NCBI RefSeq assembly: GCF_009834535.1
Contig: NC_045696.1
Location: 75,456,001 to 75,520,000 of the forward strand
DNA length: 64,000 bases
Direction: 5' to 3'
DNA from: Camelus ferus
Lineage: Eukaryota
In this document: piece after piece, positions 40,800-54,010 of the stretch
Layout: each line of letters opens with the position of its first letter
How positions within the stretch are numbered: the first letter of the stretch is position 1
Made by a program: the position numbers and the translations under genes
Notes under the pieces: generated by a model
The model's database searches: none
What the model was told of the DNA's origin: nothing
Seen by the model: only the letters and a program-made list of their open reading frames with translations

Positions 40800-41150
40800 G
40801 GTACAGAATCAGCAATAAGGAAAGACCTTGGAGGCCATCTGGTTTCACACCTTAGTCTTACCAATTCTTGTCCATTAAGAATGACCCCTGTAATTTCCCT
40901 GCCATGGGCTTACTCATGCTACTAGCAGGGGAGATCAGCCTGTCTATTCTCCACTCATTGGGCTTAGGTCTGCCCTAGAATATTATGCAGAAAAAAAAAA
41001 TCTGCTTGAAGTAAGCTGTACTGTTCCCACAAATTCTTCTTTTAGTGATAAAGCCCCAGCCTTTTCATCATTTCTACTCCTAGCATGTATTCCTGCCCCC
41101 TCACCACTGTGCCCTCAACTGCCCTGGACTTGTTCTAATTTATCCAGTTT
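40800..41150 (-). mobile_element. L3/CR1 3' fragment
   Basis: ggaaagaccttggaggccatctggtttca...ccctggacttgttctaatttatcc. Confidence 0.6.
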
Positions 41151-42269
41151 GTCCACAGTCCACAGCAATGGCTCTACCCTGCTAAAATTTCACCTGCTGG
41201 CTCCCTGCCCTCACCACTCTCTTGTCTCACTGCTGTGGCCCAGTAGCCCCACTTGAGGACCCTGCCCTGCAGGGCCCTTGGAATAGTTCTGACCTTGGTC
41301 AATAGAATCTTAGGAGCTCTGGTTTGGTAGCTCTTCTGATTCAGCATCCTGACTTCTAAGCCTATTTTTGACTCTGTGACTCAACTTACATTAAATGATT
41401 TTCCATCAAACTCATGTAGTTAAATTTTCATTCATCTATCCATTCTCCATAAAGTGTTTATTTAAAATCTATAAATTAGGGTCTGGGTATTTTAAAATGG
41501 ATGCATCATAGCATCTGCCTTCAGAGAGTTCCTAGTCTGGTGGGAGAGAAGTGTCCAGACACATCACTGTATAAGGACAGAGCTTGTTAAAGCATTTCAA
41601 GAGCTATAACAATCAGCATGGAACTTCATTTCCGTCTGTATGGATCTTGTTCTGCTCCTCTGGGCCGAGTTCTTGCCCTGGCCACTCACAGCAGGCCCTC
41701 TGGCACTGACTGCTGTGTGTCTGTACCTCCCAGCGGTAGTGACGAGGCGGGATTCCCACTAGTAGTGTGACTTCCCAATGTTTCCATCTCTCACCACATG
41801 CTGGGGTCTTCCCTCTTCTTGAAAATCTGCATCGTGCTCTTCCTTATGGTTCTACCTACTGGCTGGGTGTTTATTTGCACTCTCTTTTATAGGTGTTTTT
41901 AATGTATTCTTTCATTAGGTTTCTGTTGTATAAACATAGAGTGGTTCGCATGACATGGATCACTCTTGGGCTGCTTCCCTACATGTTAATGATGAATTTT
42001 AGGCAGTGTGTCTTGTTGTCAACCCTTTGATCTGCTCTACTCACGTGTCATGCTAAAGGAGCACATAAAAGCACCTGTGAGCTCTAGTTCCTGATGCCAG
42101 TGTTTACCCAGCCTGTCCTCCCTCCTTTCTGCTCCAGTGTCCTATCCTGCTCTAATATTTGTTTCTCCTTCCATGTTCTCCTGCTTTGGTACCCTAGCTC
42201 CCAACGATGCAGATCAGAAGTCCACTTCCTCATGATATAGAGATCAAACTAAGATAATAACTCCTTAGA

Positions 42270-42485
42270 TAGGAGGCAATGTTGTGTCCTGGAAAGAGCA
42301 GAGATCTTAGGACCAGACAAACTTGAGTTAACACCAGGTTATAACACTTTCTAGGTATGTGAGCTTAGGTAAGTTTAAATAACTCAGCTAATCTGATCAA
42401 GAGATGTCTTCAGTGAAAGTGGAGATAATAACTCAATTCACCGAGTTATGAGGTCAGCCTGAGTCAACAGATATAAAGCTCTTAG
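42270..42485 (+). mobile_element. MIR SINE
   Basis: ggaaagagcagagatcttaggaccagacaaacttgagtt...tgtgagcttaggtaagttt. Confidence 0.7.
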
Positions 42486-42889
42486 AACTTGGAAGTTCCT
42501 TCATAAATACTTGGCCCTCCACTCTTTTGCATATAAACACACACACACACAAAACTCATCTGTAACTTTAATTTGTGATTGCTTTTCTGACACCAAACCT
42601 GGGAACAACCATAGTGTGTTTGTGTAGTATTTCTGACTTGACAGAAACTGCTATTATGTGCCTTGGCAAGAGTTTTGTTACATTGCCTTAAAAATATCAT
42701 TGAAAACATATTTACCATTGGTCTAAGACAAGCTGTGGAATAAGAACATACATTCTCTTGGAAGCTGTTAAGACAGAGGAAATCAATAGAGACCATTTTT
42801 TCCCCTGTTCACTTGTCTTTAGCTCACAGTGCGTTTTTTTTTTCCTCCCAAACCAGCAGAGTAGTAAGTGTATCCATATCGTTGTATCA

Positions 42890-43140
42890 ATAGTATAATG
42901 GTTGGAAGCAACAACTATGGAATCAGAGAGCTCGGGTTCAAGTACCAGCTCTAGCACCAAGTAGGTATATGATCTTGGGCCCTCATTTCTATTTTAGTGA
43001 AATCGTGTTAGAATACCTCTAATAATAATAATAATACTTAATTTAGGTGGTTGTTTTGTGGTTCGCCTGAGTTAATGTGTATGAAGCATTTAGAAAACAA
43101 TGTGGTCCCCAGGAAACACTGCATCAGCTTTTGCTGTGAT
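42890..43140 (+). mobile_element. MIR SINE
   Basis: tagtataatggtt...ctcgggttcaagtaccagctctagcac...gaagcatttagaaaacaatg. Confidence 0.8.
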
Positions 43141-43419
43141 TATTCTACCCAGCATTATTATTACTTAAGGAAAATCTTTGCCAGTCCATTAGCAAGTATC
43201 TCTTATGTTAATCTGAATTAATTTAATCATGAAACAGTGATTTTTCATTTGTTTATTTTTCATTTATGTTCTTTCTTGATTTATCAGCCGCATTCTTTCT
43301 TAACATTTATATTCATATTCTCTACCCATTTTAAATTCTTTACTCATTAATAATTTCAAAGAACTTTTTTATATTGATGATTATATTCCACCATTGCCTT
43401 TGCTTTGTTATTTTTCTTA

Positions 43420-43420
43420 A

Positions 43421-43455
<35 letters not shown>

Positions 43456-43458
43456 TAT
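43420..43458. repeat. (TA)n microsatellite
   Basis: Directly visible, with one TG interruption. Confidence 0.95.
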
Positions 43459-44014
43459 CTTCAAAATAGAGGTAAAGACAAAGTTTATTTAAAAGCCTCT
43501 TTAATGCAAAATTTTGAAATTAAAATATCCTTAGCTTTTCAGGCATTCATCCTATATTTTATAATATTTAAGGTAACATAATGATCTGACACAGTTGATT
43601 ATAATTGTTTAAATTGCAGCTGGTGTTTTAGCCAAGTAATCAATATTTAATTATGTACTTTTTTAGGGAAATAATTCCAGGAGACTTAATCCTATCTTTA
43701 AGCAATATGTGCCAATCCAACTGTTTTTGTCTAACTATATTTTCAGTCTTGATCAATGGGCTTCAAAGTGTACACTAAGATTTTTGGCTAACAACATTGC
43801 AGGGTGATGGTATGAATAATAAACACATATACACGTGTATACTATTTTTCCCTATGCAATTGTATTTGCTGAACTTACATAAGACAATATGTTTCTAATC
43901 AATTTCATATTATTCAGTTGTTTTCTCACTTAGTAAAGACTCTTCCTGACAATTTTCCAAACAAGCATAATATATAATCAATGAACTTTTTAGAAGACAG
44001 AAGATAGTAACAAT

Positions 44015-44238
44015 GAAAAATAACACTTAGAGAATTCTTACTATGTGCCATTATGTGTTTTAAGCACATTATGCACATTTGATTTACTTAGTTCTCACAA
44101 ATAACATCTGGAGCTGGTGGTGTGATTCTCGTTTTACAGATGAGGGCACTGAGGCATAAGAAGGCCAACTCGCCCAAGAACACCAAGCTAATAAGTGGTA
44201 GAGCAGGATCTGGACCTAAGCAGGATACCTTTAGGGTG
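44015..44238 (-). mobile_element. MIR SINE
   Basis: ttttacagatgagggcactgaggcat...taagtggtagagcaggatctggacc. Confidence 0.88.
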
Positions 44239-44581
44239 CTGGCTTAGCAACCTTTTTCTATAAAGCTTCAGATGGTCAGTATTTCAGGCTTTGAGGGCCG
44301 TATGGTCTCTGTTGCAGCTACTCAGCTCTACAGCTGTACTACAAAAGCAACCCTAGGCAGTATACAAATGAACGGATGTGGCTGTGTTCCGATCAATTAT
44401 TATTTACAGACAATGAAGTTTGAATTTTACATTTAATTTTCACCTGTCACAAAATATTATTTTCTTTTGGTTTTTGAAAACCATTTATACATGTAGCAAA
44501 CATTTTTAACATGTAGGCTGTATAAAAACAGGCAGTGGGCCACACTTGGCCCTCAGGCCATATGTAGACTGCTGACTCCTG
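44239..44581. mobile_element. MER58B-like hAT-Charlie DNA transposon
   Basis: tttttctataaag...ggtctctgttgcagctactcagctct...aaaacaggcagtgggccacacttggcc...gctgactcctg. Confidence 0.85.
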
Positions 44582-46039
44582 TTCTGTGGGGTAAGATCTT
44601 AGTCTCTGTGCTCCCACTCACCTCCACATACTAAAAAGTGAAGACGCAATTAGTCTCATACTAATGGTGTTACCTAGTAAAGATAACTCCTTATTCCATT
44701 TAGGACAATGTTAATTACTATGATCAGAAGATACTACTTATTAGAACTATTTCCTTTTGGTGTGAAAGTTAAAAGTTGTTCAGTTCTTATAGTTCTCCTG
44801 TGTGTTTGCATTTCTTTCACCTTCTTAACTGTGGTATAACCCTTTACAGGCTGAATCTGTATAATAAAAGTGAAGACATTTTGTAATTACTGGGCTGGCT
44901 TCACTAAAGTACACATTAATGGTATAAATCGGAGTGAGAAAACCCAACCTTGGGTTTTGAATTATGCTGCTTTACTGTCTGTATTTATGAATTGTGGTTC
45001 ATCATCCAAACGGTGTTTTGCTTTGGGTCATGTGGATAGTAGCTCATTCACAGCACTGGCATCTGGCTTGGTTTGTTTATCGTAGAAAAGAAATTCCCAT
45101 TAAGCCATCCTACAGCATGATTAAATTTTAAAATAACATTGGCATTGTGGCAACATCATTTTAATTGTTCTTCCTGCCAGCCTGCATGGCAGTCATCTCA
45201 TTCATTAGCACCTACCACCTGTCCAGAAGGCACTCAGTACACCATCTCCAAGGCAGTTCTGAACAATAAAGTGAGTGATGTCTAGACATGTCATGTTGAC
45301 ATGTAAAGCGACTGTGGCTTCTGAGCTATTGCATAGGCACTGACAGCTTTCCTTCTCTGAGCGTTGTGAAGTTCTTCTTGAGAGGGGAAAGGCCAGAGCC
45401 CAGAGGAGCAAGATGGGAAGAAGTCAGCGCTGTTTGAGAGACAAGCTTCTCAATCTCATAAAACTTTGTACATTGTCTTCACACCAGAAACTGTTGGAAT
45501 TCCACTGATTAACCATATCAAGAAGGCTGGAGAGATTTATCTCTTGAGAAAACGAAGAACTATAAGAGCTTTTCAAACCAAAAGGCATTGGATTATTGTG
45601 TGGTGATAGGGTAGCCAGACAATTTGGAGAGCTTTCCACAGCTAGGAATTGTGGCTGCAGATGTACGTGCACTTGCTTTCCAGCTCTTAATCACTGTCAG
45701 GTGCTTTTCCATCCAGGATCACTTTTGGCTTTTATACCATAACTCGGTTTAGCAAAGGGGGCATTATTATCTCCCTCTACAGCTGAAGGAAGCAGAGCCT
45801 AGATGGGGTTTATTGATTTATCCAAAGTGACTGGAGTGAAAGAGCCACGACTGTACTGGGGCTTCACACTCCTGCTCTGACACGCTTTCTGCTGCGGCCC
45901 GCCACGTAGACCACCTAGGAATGGTTAAATAATGCCAAAGCTACCAGCTGTTTATACAGGGAAAAGGAACAAAATATAAATATTTTAAGACCTTAATAAG
46001 AGCAAATAAAAACAAATCTAGGTAGGGCCTTGATTTCCT

Positions 46040-46250
46040 GTTCAGGAGACATGGATTCAAATCATACATTACATTGCTAGGAATACAAATCTAAGCTAGT
46101 CAGTGATTAGCTCAAAGTCTTTGTTTCCTCTTCTGTAAAGTAGGGATGATAAGACACCTCCCTTAGTTACTGTGAGAACAGAATGAGATGAAGCCAGCAA
46201 AGCATCTGGCACAGTGCCTAACACTTAGCTGATGCTTAATAAATACCAGT
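46040..46250 (+). mobile_element. MIR SINE
   Basis: gtttcctcttctgtaaagtagggatgataa...gcacagtgcctaacacttagctgatgcttaataaat. Confidence 0.85.
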
Positions 46251-46511
46251 TTCTCTCTTCCTTTTTGGAATTCTTTATTCTCTGAAGCTAGATGTACATG
46301 GGTACTGCATCAGAGGTATTTTCAATCATCTGTGCAGTCTCTAAAGGACTTTCTTTAATTTGAAAGAGCTTTTGCAGATGCCACTATAATCTTTAACTTT
46401 CAATTTTATTGTTAAAACTTCTTCTGATCCTCAGTGAACTGAACTATGCAAACCAACAAAGAAAACCAGGATTGTTTAGGAGCGGTGGGAGTCATTAACA
46501 GTCACTTTGCA

Positions 46512-46780
46512 TTTTTTAATGTTAAATTTGTTATTGTGGTAAAATATACACAACATAAAATTGACCATTCTAATCATTTTAAAATGTACAATTCAGTGGC
46601 ATTAAGTACATTCACTGTTGTGCAACCATCTCTGCCATCCATCTCCATTTCATCATTCCAAATGAAACTTTGTACTCATTAAACTGTAACTCTCATCTCA
46701 TCTCATCTCTCAACCCTGGGTAAACACTAATCTACTTTCTGTCTATATGAAGTAGTCTGTTCTAGGTACCTCATATGAAT
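46512..46780 (-). mobile_element. L1MA/MB-type 3' end
   Basis: attgtggtaaaatatacacaacataaaattgaccatt...tacaattcagtggcattaagtacattcac. Confidence 0.88.
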
Positions 46781-47479
46781 TGTTTTGAGTCTTTAAATAT
46801 TTTCTCTTACATGTTGTTTCTTTAAAGTATCTTTAAACCTAACTTCCATTTTTTGCAGTATTGTGTAATTCTCAATACTTGATGAATTTTCATTTCAGAG
46901 GAGACCCCAACATTTAAAACTACATCTTTATTTAATTAAAAACTAAACTTCCAATAGAAAGTGACAGTGGAATTGAAAAGAATTTATAAAGTAATTAAAA
47001 AATTTCCAAGAGCAAACACTGCATCAATGGCAATTATACCCAGGAAGAATACGTACCTACAGGCACCCTTATTGGGTGGGTGCGTAAAAGAAAAAAAAAT
47101 ACTTGTGTGTATTAACTATCCAAAATGAAATAATATTAGCTGTTATTTTCATGTTATTGAGTAGCTTGTATCTGAACTTATAAAAACTAGATCATAAAGT
47201 TAAAATGACTGAAAATAATTATATTGCTATTTTTACACTTTTGCAAACAAATATATTTGAAAATTTAAATATTTTTCTTTATATTTTACTGTAAACAAAC
47301 ACTTTTGCATTCTTATGGGCTTATTTAGTATACACCAAAGTTTCCAGTGGCTCCTCAACCCCTTTTAAAACTACTTTTGAAATCAAGCCAGTAATGACTC
47401 CTAAAGGATGTTTTAAAAGGCAGAAGCATTGCGTTTTAGAATCTTATCTACCTGTACCTCAGAGTCTACTATTAATGGG

Positions 47480-47690
47480 TTGAAAAGCATTACCTCAATT
47501 ATGCAGCAACCTTGTAAAGAGAGATTATTACTTCCATTTTACAGTTGTGGACATGGAGCTCCAGAGACGTTGAGTGACTTGCCCAACTCACACAGAGTCC
47601 CTGTCCCATCTGGGAATCAGATTCAGGTCCTCCACGTCTTAAGTCTTGGACCTGTTACTCTCGAGGCTGCTGCACTGACAGCTCCAGGAG
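47480..47690 (-). mobile_element. MIR SINE
   Basis: ccattttacagttgtggacatggagctccagagacgttgagtgacttgcccaa. Confidence 0.8.
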
Positions 47691-49549
47691 GCATTATTTG
47701 AGCTCCATACCTGCCCCCTTTCCCTTTTCTATGTCATGATTTTTTTATGGCACCACCTGCCTTCAGTTTCTTGTAAGTACAGTGTTTTACTACATACTGC
47801 CAGACTTTCATCTCCCTGAAGTCTGAAGTAGTCTTATTCACCTTGGTATCTTCCAGGACCTCATGTGTCACTCACTAAATGCTTTCTGAAATGAGGGAGC
47901 GTTGATGCAATTACAAGTATATCACCTGAGGCTATCTTTCTTGTGCCAAAATACTAGGACAAAAAGGTGAAAATTCCAGGCAATAATTCAGATACATTTT
48001 ACCTATATCGAGATACTTTTTTTGGACAAACTCCTATTTGGAAGCAAATAGGGCTTCTAAAACACATGGCTGTGTCTTTCATTTTTAAACAGGAAGATTA
48101 ATGGTAATGATTAATGGTTAATGAGCAGCAACTTTACTATTAGAGTTGAGCCTTTGTTGATATGTAGCAGATTGTCTTCATGATGTCCAATTAACTATTA
48201 AAGTTAGTATTTTGAAAGATTTCAGGTAGACTACACAAATTTGGAAAGAATTCAGTTTTGTCACTGGTAACGGACTTTATCCTGATTTAGAGATTCCATT
48301 TAGATATAATGGTTGCCAAATTTTGATTTCTATAATTTAGTTACAAAAGACAGACTATGAAACAGGTTATCAATAGTGCCAAAATAGCAAGGTTATTATG
48401 AATTAAGTTACAAATTAAATCCTGGACATTTAAGAAACTTAGGTCTAAAAACAATTTTGTATTTAGAGTTCTCTTGACTATATACATATATTGTTTATAT
48501 AAATATATGCATATTCAGTTATATCATACAACTGTAGTTTCAGATTCAACTTTCCTGCAGTATGTAAAACAAATTGAAGCTATCAGTGTCATGTGTTGCA
48601 TATATGGCCTATCTGTCAAGTATTTCCCTTTTTGGCATCTCAAGAACAGAAAATTCACTGGGGATAATTGGAGGTCTGTACATTTTGTGTCTGCTATGTA
48701 TTATTTGAGCCTATATATTCATTTAATTAAAATTTCATAAAACCTAAGATTACACTCTCTCCCTAGGCTATGAAAAACACTATCTCCTGAATTCACTGTC
48801 ACTATAATTGTATATCCTCTGCCAATAACAATGCTTTATATTTTCTGGGTTTCAGACCAGCTTTAATATGAATTTTCTCCCCAGATATTTTACAGCACCG
48901 TATAACACAATTAATGAGCTAAATTTTATAATCAGTCTTAGAGAGCAAGGGAAGGTAAGAACTGTTAGCCATGAGGGAAAGAAATGTTTCTGGATGAGAT
49001 CGGACGGAAGACCAGAAGTCACTGCAATGCCTGTCACTCCAGCAGCTACAGATGTCAGCAGCAGTGCCAATTACTATTGCCCTGGTAGAAGTACAATCTT
49101 CTAAAAGCTTAAATGGCCTTTGGAGAAGAGAAAGCTGTTAGCAATTCAATGGTCACAGAAGTAGCATTTGAAAAGCCTGAAGCTAATTGAGGCTGAGGAA
49201 CCAAGCATTTCTCTGGAGTTCTTAGGCTGAATCTGGGCATCTGGGAAGCTCCATATGTCTTGGTCTTACAAGTCTGGTGCCTCCAATGACTGCTGCTCAT
49301 TAAAGGGCCCTGGTCATAGGATGCTGGACACTTAAGGATTGTGGGTGAGAAAGAATTCTTGAGTAGGTTTAATTTCTCTCTTGGCTTCTAAGAATCTGCA
49401 AGTTCTCAAAGAGCTTTCATCATGCATGTCACTCTTGGTATCATCCACGTCTCTTCTTCCTCTTTCCCATCTTCCTACCTCAGTCAAATATTTATTCCAC
49501 ACTTTTATTCATATGGTGCCCTGAAGTCCAGAGTAACAGATAGATAGGA

Positions 49550-49815
49550 GGGAAGTGTGCTTAGCATGACAACAGTCAGGTTTAATATAGAGGGGCAAGG
49601 TAAACTATTTTGTTTATTTTGTAGTCCAACTCTAACCATGCAGATGTCTAACAGAGGCTTCTGAATATAGCTTCTCTTAGATGGAAAAACTGCTATGATA
49701 AAGGAGATGAAGTATGAACATCTGAAAGGAATAAGCTATAGTGAAATAATGTCTATTTGGCAATCTTGGGACTGTATCAACAAGGATAACATACATGACT
49801 GCTTTTAAGTATTGG
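49550..49815 (+). mobile_element. L3/CR1 fragment
   Basis: Degenerate CR1-like sequence (tatgaacatctgaaaggaataagc...atgactgcttttaagtatt). Confidence 0.45.
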
Positions 49816-50716
49816 GCACTTCAGGGTGCACCTTGCTGGCGTTATCTCATATATTCCTCACATGCAGCCTATAAAAGTTGGTATTGTTATCATCTTTATT
49901 TGGTGTTTGTGATGTGGAACTCATCCTCAGCTTCCCCTATCACTTAGTACTTTTAGTAATGGCTTCATTGATTTCATAGGGTACCAACACTACTGAGGTT
50001 CTAGCACAGCATTTTATTTGCCATCTCTATACTACCCAGACCTGGCATCATGGGAACCCGCTTCTTTGGGGCTGCAGCAGATATCTGGGGGTTTTCAGAC
50101 CAAGCAGCTCATCTCTTCCACTTTGGGAATCATATCCTCCAATGAGTACAGATTTGGTAGGATCATGAATGAAGAAGCTCTTTTTTTTTTCCTTAGCCAG
50201 ATAGTGGGAGAAGACCCGACTAGGACCACCAGACCTTTCTCTATGGAATTAGTATATAGAGCAGAAGACACAACAACTGAAAATGATGGTGTTCCTGTGA
50301 GAGTGACACCCCCACAATGTAGACATCAAGAGATCTTTTTGTCCTGTTCAAAGACTGATTCTTCAGTCCCTTTAATGCTCTGAGTTACCCCATATTATAA
50401 CAAGCCAAGCCATTCACATATATGCTTTTCTCCTGTGGTGCTCAAGTTGAGGAAAAGATGCTTATTCACTTATCGGTCCTCTCTGGGGAATGGACAAACT
50501 AGAGGAAGTCAAGGATGCAGGGAAGGCTTTCAAGAAACCAGGAGAAATATGAGAAAAAGCAAAATAGAAAAAATGAAGTTTGAGAAAAACAATCAGAGGT
50601 GAAAAATAGGTATTTAGATGCATCAGTCTTTCAGAAAACAGCGTCTCTGGTATCCTCGTCACTGATCTATATGTCCTGTTCAATTACATGACTGATGCTG
50701 TGCTGTGCGGCACTTA

Positions 50717-50790
50717 TAATCCAGTGCAATTTGACTGACCTAATCCATCAGAAATGACAGGTCAAAAATGGGCCTGTCAGTTTGAGTAAT
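50717..50790. promoter_or_regulatory. Candidate PBX-HOX plus MEIS composite enhancer core
   Basis: ATCCATCA (TGATGGAT on -) at 50743-50750, TGACAG at 50755-50760 and CTGTCA at 50774-50779, in repeat-free DNA. Confidence 0.45.
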
Positions 50791-52666
50791 TGAAAAAGAA
50801 GCAGCTCTTTGAAATGTCGTTTTTAAATGAACTTTGAGAATGTTAATAAACTTGATTACCAACATTAAAAGGAAAAAAAATTTTTTTAATCCTCTCCTGT
50901 TTCCATTGAAAGCCTGATCCCCCCAAAACCAAACATTTGGAGCCTCTGATAAAGTCCCAGACTGGCTGCTTCTGGGCTCAGTCTCAGTCAATTTATGTGC
51001 CCAGGATCATGCTCTCCCAAGAAACTCTCCTAATTTCAAATTCTGAAATTTTCTTACTCACTACATTGAGCTAGCTCTTTTCTTCTCTCAGCTACTCCTC
51101 TTTTGGAGAAGAGAACTACCAGGCAAAGGACAAGCCTGAAGCAGTCTCCCCTAATAATGTTTCTTTCTTTTAAGTATATCGTGCAACACCTGTAAGAGTC
51201 ACAGTCTTTTCTCAGGGTCCTCCCTCACTTTCTGGTAAAATGCAGCTACCTGTGGCCTGTGCCCTGTTTGAGCAGCAAAGTCAACACAAGTGTAATTGTT
51301 CTGTCTGCCCTCTGCCCAGTCCAGCCCACTGTGGTCCCTGCAGGTGTAGCCCTGCATTACTCGTGGACCATCTGGGGCAAGGCTGGCGGTGCACTGGACC
51401 AGAAGGAAGCTGATCTGGCTGCATGTCCACTATGCCATGAATCTGCTGGGAGCCCTGAACACGTACGAGCATGATGTGCCATCGACTTCTGTTAACCCAG
51501 TCATGAGAGCCCACCCTGACTGACTGGCCTTCTGCTTCAGTTTATTTTATTGAACCTCTGAGTTCCTGCCATGAGCACAACCCTGTCCTCAGAGACTCAG
51601 CACACTTGGCTAGGATCTGGCCTCCAGCCCTATTCTTACTGACTATCTCTTCAGGATTGAATTTTTAATCCCTAGTCACCACATTAAGAGAAAGACTAAT
51701 ACTGCTCCAAATAGCCTTGCCTATGCTGAGTCTCCGCACCCCTATGCTGCCTGACCTCAAGACTCACACCTTGTCTGTACCTTTGCAGTTGTGCCTCACC
51801 TATTAAATTGGACACTTTGATGCTGACAGCACACTAATCAGATTGGCCAAAACCTCTGGATGCTGACCGTCAGGGGGCAGCTCCACCACCAGAATCATTT
51901 CTTTAGCTCCAGGCTCACTGACTTGCAGTTTCTCCCCATGTTTTCCAGCAGTACAAACATTTTAATGATTCCAGCATACCTTATAGCCAAGCGCCCACCC
52001 TGAGTTAGGTCAGGTTCCTGTGCATCAGACAATGAAGAGAGAATCTCACACTTCAGAAAGGAGAGGTGGATCAGAAAAGTTGTTCAGAAGTATCTGCGGG
52101 GAGAATTCCAAATAGCAATCAGCAAGGACACGTTAAAAACAAACAAACAACCCAGCATTACTAATTATATACTAATTAGTTTACTCTTTAATCTACGTAA
52201 CAGTCTTATAAAATATAATTATATTTGAAAGTGAGGAAAACAAGACTGTCAGGAGTCAACACAGCTGTTACACAACTGTATTTTATGCATTGAGGATTTG
52301 AACACAGGGCTGTCTGATTCCAAATTCCCAAACTCTGCTGCACTGTTTTGCCTCCTTGTGAAGCAGGATCCTAAACCACAGTGCCCTGTCAGTCCTTTTG
52401 TTGTTTAGGGCATGCCTCATGTTCCAGCATCATCGTGTCACCAGTCTCAACATCCTTCATTCAAAAATCCATCACCTTAGCACTCCCATATTTAAACCCT
52501 CTCATTATGCTGATGCAGAAATTGAGTCTGAGACTTCTTTAAGAAAATGGGCTAATTAGTGGTAGAATCAAAACTAAAGCCTGTATCCTGATTCCAGTTC
52601 AGAGCTTTTCTTATCAGTCTCAACATTTCCTTGTTCATTTATTAAATATTCCTAAGAAAAGCTGTC

Positions 52667-53079
52667 CCACAATATGGATGAACTTAGAGATATTATCCTG
52701 AGAGAATAAGTGAGATAGAGAAAGACAAATACCATATGATCTCATTCATATGTGGAATCTAAAACATAAAAAAAATGGACAAAGGTAATAAAACAGAAAC
52801 TGAGTCATAGATAAAACAAACTAGTGGCTGCCGGAGAAAAAGGGGATGAGTGAAATGGGCAAGGGAGAATAAGAGGTACAAACTTCCAGTTATAAAATAA
52901 ATAAGTCATGGAAATGTGATGTAGAGCATAGGGAATATAGTCAATATTGTAATAACTCTGTATGGTGAAAGATAGTAACTAGACTTTTGATCAGTTTGTA
53001 ACATCTGAAAGTATTGAATCTCTAAGTTGTACACCTGAAACTAATATAATATTGAAGTCAGTTATACTTCAATAAAAAC
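52667..53079 (+). mobile_element. 5'-truncated L1 3' end (L1MA-like) with 13-bp TSD
   Basis: gagaaagacaaataccatatgatctc...gtacacctgaaactaatata...cttcaataaaaa. TSD AAGAAAAG(C/T)TGTC at 52654-52666 and 53080-53092. Confidence 0.9.
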
Positions 53080-53465
53080 AAGAAAAGTTGTCACATAAAT
53101 TAATGTGATAAATAAACTAAAGAGAATTGCCAATGAATTCTGCCTGGCAGAGACTCTCAGACACATCTGCTTTTAAGACAAGTCATGTGAAAAACTTCCA
53201 GTTAGACAGGGAAGATTAGACACAGAACTCTAACTTTTTTCCCTTTACTTCATTTTACTAAAACAATTGTAGAGGATTTTAAAAAGCATAAACCCACAAG
53301 AAGAAAAAAAAAACAGAAGAGGAAACAATAGTGGACGTGAGATTTTAATGTGTTTAGAAGATGGAAAGCAAACAGCTGGGAGAGTGGCAAAAACCTAAGT
53401 GCTTTCAGAATAGGCTACCAACCACAAGCAAGGGAATTTATCTTGAAAAATGTTATCGTGATTCC

Positions 53466-54010
53466 TTGTTGGTCACATCATTTGCAACTGTTTCCTCCCA
53501 TTCCATAGGTTGTCTTTTTGTTTTGTTTAAGGTTTCCTTTGCTGTGCAGAAGCTTTTAAGTTTAACTAGGTCCCATTTGTTTATTTTTGCTTTTATTTAC
53601 ATTACTCTAGGAGATGGATTCAAAAAAATATTGCTGCAATTTATGTCAAAGAGTGTTCTGCCTAAGTTTTCCACTAGGAGTTTTAGAGTATCCAGTCTTA
53701 CATTTAGATCTTTAATCCATTTTGAATTTATTTTTGTATATGGTGTTAGAGAATGTTCTAGTTTCATTCTTTTACATATACCTATCCAGTTTTCTCAGCA
53801 CCGCTATTGAAGAGACTGTTTTTTCTCTGTTGTACATTCATTTGTACCTCCTTTGTCATAGATTAATTGACTATAAGTTCAAGGTGTTTTTCTGGGCTTT
53901 CTATCCTGTTCCATTTATCTATGTGTCTTTTTTTTTTTTGTGCCAGTAGCGTGCTGTTTTGATTACTGTACCTTTGTAGTATTGTCTAAAGGAGGGCTGA
54001 TTCTTCCAGC
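53466..54010 (-). mobile_element. Inverted 5' segment of a cetartiodactyl L1 (ORF2 C-terminal region)
   Basis: The reverse complement encodes the YYKxTVIKTAxYW region. The + strand ORF text [20 protein letters not shown] is the familiar L1 antisense reading. Confidence 0.93.

Noticed and set aside
47920..48700. Possible hAT-Blackjack-type transposon fragments
   Set aside because: Resemblance is too faint to define family or ends by eye.
50197..50383. Possible exon after tttttttttccttag
   Set aside because: The acceptor is a poly-T run, there is no strong donor, and the peptide is unrecognised.
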